Shown here in pieces: positions 28,768-36,141 of a stretch of DNA of 64,000 nt. The stretch is from Rhizobiaceae bacterium. Lineage in GTDB: Bacteria; Pseudomonadota; Alphaproteobacteria; Rhizobiales; Rhizobiaceae. The notes under the pieces are model-generated. The model ran no database searches, was not told the origin of the DNA, and saw nothing but the letters and a program-made list of their open reading frames with translations. The number at the start of each line of letters is the position of its first letter. Position 1 is the stretch's first letter. The DNA is taken from the NCBI GenBank assembly GCA_017640615.1, contig JAEPQK010000007.1, forward strand, positions 104,407 through 168,406. Direction: 5' to 3'. Position numbers and translations under genes: made by a program.

Positions 28768-29340
28768 ATGACAGTCACTCTCATTGCACTCGTCGTTCTC
28801 GGTTTCGTCGTCATCCAGAACCGGCTGGCGAGCGCACAGAACGCGGTCTATTCGGGCTTCTCCACGATCGAGGTTCAGCTCAAGCGGCGACACGATCTGG
28901 TTCCAGCACTTGTCAGCTCCGTTCGCAGCGCGATCACACAGGAAAACAAACTGTTCGACACCATTCTCGCTGTTCGCGAGAAGGCCGTACAGGCCGTCGG
29001 TCAGGGCAAGCTGGACGAGATGAAAGAGGCCGAGGCCGAGCTGTCTGCGTCTTTGCGGACGTTCTTCGGATACGCGGAAGATCACCCCGAGGTGACCTCG
29101 ACCACGAACATTCTTGAGCTACAGAAGCAGCTTGAGGAGGCCGAGGACCAGATCAGCGCCGCCCGGCGGCTCTACAATGGCAATGTCCAACGCTTCAACA
29201 CAATGCTGGATGCGATCCCCTCCAACTGGGTAGCCGGCCTTCTCCGGATGAAGAAAGCCGAGTTTTTCGCACTATCGGATTCGGAAGCCAAAGCCGCTCA
29301 TACGATGCCGAAGATCGAATTGCCAGGCGCTCAAGGATGA
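28768..29340 (+). CDS. lemA: LemA family protein
   Basis: MTVTLIALVVLGFVVIQNRLASAQNAV...QLKRRHDLVPALV...ISAARRLYNGNVQRFNTML is the typical LemA layout of one N-terminal TM plus a helical domain. The track ORF starts at GTG 28708. Confidence 0.85.
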   Translation: MTVTLIALVVLGFVVIQNRLASAQNAVYSGFSTIEVQLKRRHDLVPALVSSVRSAITQENKLFDTILAVREKAVQAVGQGKLDEMKEAEAELSASLRTFFGYAEDHPEVTSTTNILELQKQLEEAEDQISAARRLYNGNVQRFNTMLDAIPSNWVAGLLRMKKAEFFALSDSEAKAAHTMPKIELPGAQG

Positions 29341-30368
29341 GTGCGGCGAAAACCCACTGGGACCCCATACGCGGCACAATCGACATCGAAACCCCCGATA
29401 TCGCCAATATCAGAAAGAGTATCGCCGTCCCGCCAATCATATCGCGGATTCTGCTGTTCGCTGCGCTCGCGAGCGTGCTTCTGGTGTTTGTGGAAGGGAT
29501 CATCCAGGGCGACTTTCCCTTCATTTCGGTTGCGGTCACGACGGTGATCTGGGGCCTGTTTCTCGGCGCCAGCCACCTTGAAAACGAAGACGGCCGCAAG
29601 ACAATCCGCCGCGTAAAGCTCGCCAGAAACAAGGGCTGGTCCTACACCGGCGCGTTGATGGAGCGCGTGCGCGAGTTCCAGACGGCGTGGAAAAGCGACG
29701 GCGCGGAACGCACGACACGCCTCGTCAAATCGGAGCGGGCACGTGCCGTCGAGGCCAAGCTTCCAGAGCTGACCAAGGTCCGGCTCGGCGCGTTTGTCGG
29801 CGCGCAGTTCGATGGTGAATTCTGGGGCGAAAGCAGCGAAGACGGGCTTCCGCTCTGGTTTGCCGTAGGCTCGATGCGGATGGAGGCGGGTCTCGCCTTC
29901 AACGCCGATTTGCGGCAAGACGCCTTTGGCGGCAAGGGCGGGTACGGCCAGTTCTTTTCGTTGCTCGGCGCCTACAGAATTGACCGCAAGACCGGCGTGC
30001 GCGCGACCATCATGCCGGAAAACATATTCAACAAGGGGCCGCTCGATCGCGACATCAAGACAGAGTCGGTCGCGTTCAACGAGGCGTTCAATATTTCGGG
30101 ACGCCGCAAGGACGATACATCCGGCAAAGCCGATCCAACGCTCGATGTGTTGCGCATCCTTACGCCGGCAACGCAGGATTCCATGCTGTCGCTCAGCGAG
30201 CGCTACCACAATATCGGGTTCGTGCTCGATGACGATGTCCTCTTCTTCATGGCGCAGGACAAGGTGGTCGGCAAGAACGCGACCCAAGATCGGATCGACA
30301 CGCTGCTTGTCAGTATTTTCGAGGATTTTGAGAAAGCGAAACTCGGCATCAAGCGCTACGTCGAGTAA
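29337..30368 (+). CDS. DUF3137-like membrane protein (divergent copy 2)
   Basis: ATGA overlap with the lemA stop. Two TM helices (ILLFAALASVLLVFV, VAVTTVIWGLFLGA). The C-terminal block ESVAFNEAFNIS...LRILTPATQDSMLSLSERYHNIGFVLDDDVLFFMA parallels IEFEETFEVYS...RAILTPLFMERVMQLAEHL...SLAFQGNRLLLAI in copy 1. Confidence 0.5.
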   Translation: MSAAKTHWDPIRGTIDIETPDIANIRKSIAVPPIISRILLFAALASVLLVFVEGIIQGDFPFISVAVTTVIWGLFLGASHLENEDGRKTIRRVKLARNKGWSYTGALMERVREFQTAWKSDGAERTTRLVKSERARAVEAKLPELTKVRLGAFVGAQFDGEFWGESSEDGLPLWFAVGSMRMEAGLAFNADLRQDAFGGKGGYGQFFSLLGAYRIDRKTGVRATIMPENIFNKGPLDRDIKTESVAFNEAFNISGRRKDDTSGKADPTLDVLRILTPATQDSMLSLSERYHNIGFVLDDDVLFFMAQDKVVGKNATQDRIDTLLVSIFEDFEKAKLGIKRYVE

Positions 30369-30420
30369 GCCACCCTCAACATTTGTAACATTACCTCTAT
30401 ATGTTTTTTCGTGAACGGGT

Positions 30421-30476
30421 TTATGAATGGCTCGTTCATAAGCAGTTCACTGACCAGAACCTAGTTTTGGTTCTGG
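30421..30476 (+). promoter_or_regulatory. two inverted repeats in the AT-rich leader of the LuxR-type gene
   Basis: TTATGAA-N7-TTCATAA (30421-30441) and CCAGAACC-N7-GGTTCTGG (30454-30476). The second arm overlaps the GGAG RBS. Confidence 0.4.
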
Positions 30477-30486
30477 AGAAACATAT

Positions 30487-32292
30487 ATGGAATCCAGATA
30501 CTTACCGCGCGCGAATGCGCCCACATTGTTTTTTAGAACCTGGAAAAGCAAGCCTGGCCCGACCGGCAGCCGGACGAAACGGTCGGTATTCATCGGCCAT
30601 AGCCAACCAACGCATTCTGGCATGATCGAAGGGATCGCGCGCGGATTTCACCGCGCCGGCTGGAACGCGTTCTCCGGCGATATTCGCGGGCACGGCAACA
30701 GCACAGACAAGGATTTCCTGCTCGGTCATCTCAGCGAGCAGGATGGCTGGGGTGAAGCAATCGAAGACATGCGGCTCTTCCTGGAGAAGAGCTTCGAAGG
30801 CGTTGCCTGGGAAGACAGGCTGATTGTTGTGCCCAACATCACCGCGTTGCTGACGCTTGAGGTGATGAAGGACTGGCCGGACCTGGCGCAGCATGTTGTG
30901 CTGATCTCGCCCGTGCCCAACCAGAAGACGCTCGCTCTGTTCGGCAAGGCGTTCACGCAGGTCCGGCTTCGGCTGCGAGGCCCGCGCGAGCCTGACGACC
31001 AAGCATTGCACCATCTCTACACATTTCTCGGAAGCCACTTGAAGGACCGTCAGCACCTGGCGGATGTGATGTCCTCCGACCGGGCCGTCATCCAGAAGGT
31101 GATCGACGACCCGCTGGCATGGCCGACCCCGACCGCATCCTATTGGGCGAGCATCTTCAGCGGCATGCTCTCGGCCTGGAGATGGCCGCGCGGGGCCCGT
31201 GTGAAAGCCGGCACGCGGTTTCTGATAATGTTCGGCGGCGAAGATGCGATGTTGCGCGACGGCGGGTTTCTGGCGCCGATCGAGCGGTTCTTGAGTGGTA
31301 TCGGCGTCGACGATGTTGCTTCTGAGCGCGTCCAGGGCGCTCGCTCGGCACTCTTTCTGGAAGAGGAAAAGTTCAACATCAGCGGCCGGATACTGGACTG
31401 GACCGAGAATCGCAGCCGGCCGAGGGCCGACAATGAGGAGGTCGATGTCGAGCAGATGGCCTCAAGCATGCTTGCGCAGTTCGACAATTTCCGCAGCAGC
31501 AACCTCAGCCCGGATGAACTGGTCGAGCTCTGTTACAACGCCGTCGACGACGAAAGCCGCTGGACCGAGCTCATCTACCGGATGATCTATGAGGCGGAGC
31601 GTTCCGGCGATGCGAGCGAGGAGGAAATCCAGTCGCGCATCAGCCGCGTGATGCCTCACTGGGAGCGCGCCTATAACATCAACCGTCAGGTGATGATGAG
31701 CGCTACACTTGGCGTGCTTTTGCAGGGCGTCATCGAGCGCCTGCAAATCGGCGTGGCGATCCTCGACAAGGAAGGCCACCTGCTGCACGCCAACACCGCC
31801 TACGACGCTGCGGTTGCCAGACTCTTCGGCGGAGCGCAGATGGGAGCCACGACCTGTGTTTCGAAAGCGACGCAGGATTTGCTTTCATCGAGTGTGGCGA
31901 CCGACAGGTCCGGCAGGCCGTCGGAACGGATCATACTGCACGAAGACCGACCGGTCGGCTTTCAGTTTCACCCTGAAGCGCTCAAGCAAACCGGGCTGCA
32001 GAGGCAGGGACCGGCGAGCATTCTCGTGCTGCGTTCGGCAGATGTGGCCGAGCAGGCCAGCGATACACGCCGCGTTCTCGCCGAACTCGCCTATGGCCTG
32101 ACCAGCAAGGAAGCCGAGATCGCGCTTGCCGTTGCCGGTGGGCAAAGCCTGGACGACATAGCCGGGAAAATGGGCATTCTCGTCAGCACCGTCCGCGGGC
32201 ATCTGAAAAAGAGCTTTCACAAGATGGCCGTCCACAGCCAGGCCGAGCTTGCGGCCCGCATCATGTCCGGGCCGCTCGGGTGGCTCAAATAG
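30487..32292 (+). CDS. alpha/beta-hydrolase-like / PAS-like / LuxR-type HTH transcriptional regulator
   Basis: N-terminus resembles lysophospholipase/monoglyceride-lipase-type hydrolases (VFIGHSQPTHSG...SGDIRGHGNS). The middle GVIERLQIGVAILDKEGHLLHANTAY is PAS-like. The C-terminus LTSKEAEIALAVAGGQSLDDIAGKMGILVSTVRGHLKKSFHKM is a GerE/LuxR HTH. GGAG RBS. Confidence 0.75.
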   Translation: MESRYLPRANAPTLFFRTWKSKPGPTGSRTKRSVFIGHSQPTHSGMIEGIARGFHRAGWNAFSGDIRGHGNSTDKDFLLGHLSEQDGWGEAIEDMRLFLEKSFEGVAWEDRLIVVPNITALLTLEVMKDWPDLAQHVVLISPVPNQKTLALFGKAFTQVRLRLRGPREPDDQALHHLYTFLGSHLKDRQHLADVMSSDRAVIQKVIDDPLAWPTPTASYWASIFSGMLSAWRWPRGARVKAGTRFLIMFGGEDAMLRDGGFLAPIERFLSGIGVDDVASERVQGARSALFLEEEKFNISGRILDWTENRSRPRADNEEVDVEQMASSMLAQFDNFRSSNLSPDELVELCYNAVDDESRWTELIYRMIYEAERSGDASEEEIQSRISRVMPHWERAYNINRQVMMSATLGVLLQGVIERLQIGVAILDKEGHLLHANTAYDAAVARLFGGAQMGATTCVSKATQDLLSSSVATDRSGRPSERIILHEDRPVGFQFHPEALKQTGLQRQGPASILVLRSADVAEQASDTRRVLAELAYGLTSKEAEIALAVAGGQSLDDIAGKMGILVSTVRGHLKKSFHKMAVHSQAELAARIMSGPLGWLK

Positions 32293-32310
32293 CCTGTTCA
32301 ACCGGATGCC

Positions 32311-32793
32311 TCAGCACCCGTCCGCGGACGCGGTGAAGTATGAGGTGATCGTGTTTCGCGTCTTGCCGGAATCAGGATCGAAGTTCTGGATGAAGAACTC
32401 CATGTTCTGACGCACGCCAGCGCCAAGAGATTTGCCCGAAAAGGTGAACGTGTACGCCTGCTTGACGGATTTGAAATTTTTGTAGGCCTGCCATTTCGGA
32501 TTGATCGTGGAGTTCTCAGCTCGCCTCATTTGGACGTCGAAGGAACCGCATTTCCCGTTCTTGCAGTTCTTGATTCGTGCCTTGCATTGATTGTTGGCTT
32601 CGAAAAAGAAGACGGTTTTGGTTACGCGGTCGCGGTGCGTGGTCGCATAACATCCGACCGGCGACGGCATGTCGAAACGGGCGCAGCCATTGTTGATCGC
32701 GCCGCTCTGTGCACTCACCGGCTGGGCGGACACGAGTGCCAAAACCAGCCCCGCTGAAATCGAAAATCCTGCCCCAAAAAATCGAATTGTCAT
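32311..32793 (-). CDS. small secreted Cys-rich protein, unknown function
   Basis: Signal peptide MTIRFFGAGFSISAGLVLALVSAQPVSAQS and 7 Cys in the mature part. GC content is visibly lower than in neighbouring genes. Confidence 0.6.
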   Translation of the reverse strand: MTIRFFGAGFSISAGLVLALVSAQPVSAQSGAINNGCARFDMPSPVGCYATTHRDRVTKTVFFFEANNQCKARIKNCKNGKCGSFDVQMRRAENSTINPKWQAYKNFKSVKQAYTFTFSGKSLGAGVRQNMEFFIQNFDPDSGKTRNTITSYFTASADGC

Positions 32794-32861
32794 CTCAAAT
32801 AATCTCCGTTCGTTGCGAATTTCCCTTCGCGCGGAGACTAAGACTTTGACGTCGATGGCCC

Positions 32862-32879
32862 CTCTCCCAAATGGGTGAG
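32862..32879 (-). promoter_or_regulatory. island palindrome S2: CTCACCCATTTGGGAGAG (minus strand)
   Basis: 68 nt upstream of the small secreted protein ATG (32793) and 17 nt after the stop of the repeat-protein gene. Confidence 0.6.
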
Positions 32880-32896
32880 ATCGACCAATTCAACGG

Positions 32897-34117
32897 CTAC
32901 TTGCAGACGATGTAGCTGAAAGCCTGGCAGGCGCCACCCTCGCAATGGGTTCCCGCGCTCATGGCCCTGCTCGCGGTTGTGACACCGTAGCAGAGGGCGC
33001 CGATGCTGCGGGCCTTTGCCAAACAGAAAAGATTCGCCGCAGGCAGTCCGCAATCAGCGGCGTTGCTATTGCCTGCCAAGCAGGTCGAGACGGCAATCCC
33101 CGGCATCAGGCTGGGCGCTTCGAAAAGCCGACCCGGGCAAGGCGTCTCGGAATACCCTTCCCATTGGGTATATGCTGGAGCCGGACCGCTTTCCTTTGCC
33201 TCGTCTTCCCCGAAGAGATCGATGGGTTTGTCGCCCTCGATGGTCGACAGGTCGATGGGCTCTTTGCCTCCGCCATCATCGAAAAGGTCGATCTCTTCCC
33301 CATCGGAGTTTGCGACGTCCTCCTCATCGAACAGTTCGATCGGTTTGTCAGGATCGCCTTCGGCGGGATTGGTGTCGCGTCCATAGGCGTCGGGATAGGC
33401 TTGCTCATACGCTTCGGCGGCGTCGGCCTGAGTGCTCAAGCCGAGTAGAACCTTCGCGCTGTCGGAATCGACAGCCAGTCCCTCACAGCCGAACCCGGCT
33501 GCGCAGCGCAACATGTCCTGATTGTCCACGGTTTCCTGCGGTGTGTGCTCGAGCGCGTCCAGATCGACCGGATTGCCTTTATCGCCCTCGGAGCCGTAGG
33601 CATCGTTGGCGTAAGCTTCGGGATATTCCTGGGCGTAGAGATCACGCGCCTCTGAAACATTGTTTACGCCGGCGAGAACCTTCGCGTCGCCGGCGTTGAC
33701 GTCCAGGCCCTCGCACCCGTAGCCCGCCGCGCAGCGCAGGAGGTCTTGTTCGTCGACCGTTTCCCGGGATGTTTGCTCGATTGCGTCCAGATCGACAGTC
33801 TGCGAGCTTTCTGCATCCCAGTCCTGACTTTCGACGTGATCAGGCTGTTGCTTCGCCTGAGCCTCGTCGGAAAACGCATCCTCGACATAGGCTTCAGGAT
33901 ATGAGGCGGCGTAATCGTCTCGCGCAGCCTCCGCATTGGCGAGACCGAGCGCGGAGCGCGCCTCCTCGGGCGTCGAGGAGAGGCCGGTGCAGCCGAAGCC
34001 GGCGGCGCACCGGAGCTCTTCCTTGACGCCTGGAACCTGCTGCGCGAAAGCCGCCCCAACCACAACAAGCAAGGCGGCGCAGCACGAGGCCGGCCAACGC
34101 CAGGACCAGACACTCAT
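32897..34117 (-). CDS. secreted acidic protein with three LRCAAG(F/Y)GC(E/T)GL repeats and a C-terminal 8-Cys domain
   Basis: Start set to MSVWSWRWPASCCAALLVVVGAAFAQQ (signal peptide), ATGA-overlapping the vWA gene stop. Internal ~76-92-aa repeats. Confidence 0.7.
   Translation of the reverse strand: MSVWSWRWPASCCAALLVVVGAAFAQQVPGVKEELRCAAGFGCTGLSSTPEEARSALGLANAEAARDDYAASYPEAYVEDAFSDEAQAKQQPDHVESQDWDAESSQTVDLDAIEQTSRETVDEQDLLRCAAGYGCEGLDVNAGDAKVLAGVNNVSEARDLYAQEYPEAYANDAYGSEGDKGNPVDLDALEHTPQETVDNQDMLRCAAGFGCEGLAVDSDSAKVLLGLSTQADAAEAYEQAYPDAYGRDTNPAEGDPDKPIELFDEEDVANSDGEEIDLFDDGGGKEPIDLSTIEGDKPIDLFGEDEAKESGPAPAYTQWEGYSETPCPGRLFEAPSLMPGIAVSTCLAGNSNAADCGLPAANLFCLAKARSIGALCYGVTTASRAMSAGTHCEGGACQAFSYIVCK
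33364..34024 (-). repeat. three diverged in-frame coding repeats (~230-275 bp each)
   Basis: They encode ...VDLDA(I/L)E(Q/H)T..ETVD(E/N)QD(L/M)LRCAAG(F/Y)GCEGL...AK(V)L.G......A...Y...YP(E/D)AY..D. The LRC motif falls at residues 58-60, 150-152 and 226-228 of the 429-aa ORF. Confidence 0.75.
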
Positions 34118-36123
34118 TGGCCGATGCTCTCGATGGCGAAGTTGTCGAGGTAGAAGTGGCTCTCGCCGGGAGCGCCCTTGTGCCACTGACCAACGAAGAT
34201 GCTCGGTTTGCCGGACAGTCTCAGCGCAGTGATCGGCTCGCTCTCAATCGAGAAATTACGCGCTTCGCGATCCTCGAATGCCGGCAGCACCATTTCGAGC
34301 GCCGCGGTGACTTGGCGTCCCCGCCGCTTAAGCCTCATAACAGCGCCCTCTTCGTGCAGCGCACGAAAGATGGCGTCGGCGTAAGGGCGGCCTTTGCCGC
34401 AGATATCGTCCACCATCGGGCCGCCAAACAGTGACGTATCGAATGCTGTCTTTTCCGGCTTGGATCTTTCAGCGCCGGCAAGCTTGATCAGCGATAGATG
34501 GATGGCTGGGCCACAGCCCTTCCAATCGGTCCACAATGCCGCGCCGATCTGGTTGTTGGCATCTTCCATGAGCGATAGCCAAATGTGTTCCCGTCCAGTC
34601 TGGAGGACCAGGCGGGCGTCCAGGACGAGGTCGAAGTCGCCATCAGGCAAGGCCTTGTCGAGCACGAAGCGGTTGATTGCGTCCTGCTTGTCATAGTGGT
34701 TGTGCTCGCCTGCCACGGCGACAAACATGGCGCCTTTGCTGTCCAGCGCCTTCAGCTTCCGGTTCTCGTTGATAAACGACCATGCTTCGCTGATTTCCGG
34801 GCCGTCGAAGGTTTCGACAAAATATGCCTCCTGCTGCGGGGGCGGTGCTGGCTGCTCAACTTCCTTGGTCGCGGCGACCGCCTCATTGACCGCCTCGACG
34901 AACTCCTCGGCGTTGTTGGCTGTGTAATAGTTGCCATTGCCCTCGTCCGCGATGCATTGCAATGCGCGGTTCTCCTCATCCGTGAGATCGAAACCAACGA
35001 CATGAACGCGCGTCTTGATGCCCTGGCTGGCGAGCGCCTTAGCTGCAGCGCAGGGATCGCCTCCGCAAGTTTCAAGGCCGTCCGAAATCAGGAGGATATT
35101 CGCCTGCCGGTCGGCCGCCGGGAACACGCCTGCGGCCGCTTCCAGCGTGCGTGCGATAGGGGTTTTGCCACGCGGCGTGATGCCGTTGATTGCCAGACCG
35201 ACCGCCTCCGGCGCGTGGTTCGCCACCGGCAACAATGTCTCGATATCGCCGCAGTCTCCTTCGCGACGGTGTCCGTATGCCATCAAGCCGACATTGGTTT
35301 GCCCGCTCAGGTCGCTGAGCAGGCCGGATAGCGCCTGTTTGGCGGTTGAAATCTTGGCCGTGCCGTCGATCTGCCCCCACATCGAGCCGGAACCGTCGAG
35401 AATGAAAAGCAGGTCGCTGCCCGTCCCGTCATTGGTGTAGGCTGGCGTATCGCCCTGCTCCATGCCGATATCTGCATCCGGGTCGGCGGTGCCGGCCTCG
35501 GCCATTGCGCTTTCTTCATTCATGTGGGCGGGCAAATCGCCTTCTTCCATGCCGGATTCATTTGCGCCTGCCTGCCCGCCCGCCGGCGGGTCAAACAGCG
35601 TGATCTCGGTTGCCGGATCGCAGGCGACATTCGGGATGCCGGCATCGCGCATGAGTTCGGTCAAAGACCAGCCGTCATCGTCGGAATAAATGTCGCTGAT
35701 CTGCCACTCGCCGTTTGCCGCCTTTATCAGGGTGTAGACGAAAGACCGTTGCGCACCGAAATTCGTGAAATCGAGGCGGATTTGCGTAGCTCCGCGAAAC
35801 ATCGGCATGTCGGGATCGGGATAGACCTTCAGCCCGGCGATCTCGGCATCCTGCGCGCCATAGACCGGGTCAAAGCCGAGCTTGCCCTGAAGGCCGTCGA
35901 CGGCCAGGCAATCGACGAAGAAACGCGAAATCATGCCGGCTTCGTTCATCAGAGGCGCATCGTTTGCCTTGAACCGCGCCGTGTGTTTGGCGAACAGAAG
36001 CCGGACGACGTCGCTCGCCTTGCCGAGCTCCTGATCCTGGGCCATCGCAGGCGTTACAATCGCGCCGGCGAGCGTTACGCCGAGCGCGAATATGGTCGTC
36101 GAAATAGCTTTCTTGAGCATCAT
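34114..36123 (-). CDS. secreted von Willebrand factor A (vWA) domain protein
   Basis: Signal peptide MMLKKAISTTIFALGVTLAGAIVTPAMAQ. MIDAS-type DGSGSM motif in LLFILDGSGSMWGQIDG...ILLISDGLETCGGDPC. The C-terminal ~230 aa are paralogous to the upstream gene product. Confidence 0.85.
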   Translation of the reverse strand: MMLKKAISTTIFALGVTLAGAIVTPAMAQDQELGKASDVVRLLFAKHTARFKANDAPLMNEAGMISRFFVDCLAVDGLQGKLGFDPVYGAQDAEIAGLKVYPDPDMPMFRGATQIRLDFTNFGAQRSFVYTLIKAANGEWQISDIYSDDDGWSLTELMRDAGIPNVACDPATEITLFDPPAGGQAGANESGMEEGDLPAHMNEESAMAEAGTADPDADIGMEQGDTPAYTNDGTGSDLLFILDGSGSMWGQIDGTAKISTAKQALSGLLSDLSGQTNVGLMAYGHRREGDCGDIETLLPVANHAPEAVGLAINGITPRGKTPIARTLEAAAGVFPAADRQANILLISDGLETCGGDPCAAAKALASQGIKTRVHVVGFDLTDEENRALQCIADEGNGNYYTANNAEEFVEAVNEAVAATKEVEQPAPPPQQEAYFVETFDGPEISEAWSFINENRKLKALDSKGAMFVAVAGEHNHYDKQDAINRFVLDKALPDGDFDLVLDARLVLQTGREHIWLSLMEDANNQIGAALWTDWKGCGPAIHLSLIKLAGAERSKPEKTAFDTSLFGGPMVDDICGKGRPYADAIFRALHEEGAVMRLKRRGRQVTAALEMVLPAFEDREARNFSIESEPITALRLSGKPSIFVGQWHKGAPGESHFYLDNFAIESIGQ

Positions 36124-36141
36124 GTCGGGAGCCTTTCCAGT

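Noticed and set aside
29331-30287. 318-aa ORF on the minus strand
   Set aside because: It is antisense to DUF3137-like copy 2. The plus-strand frame has TM helices, an ATGA coupling to lemA and similarity to copy 1.
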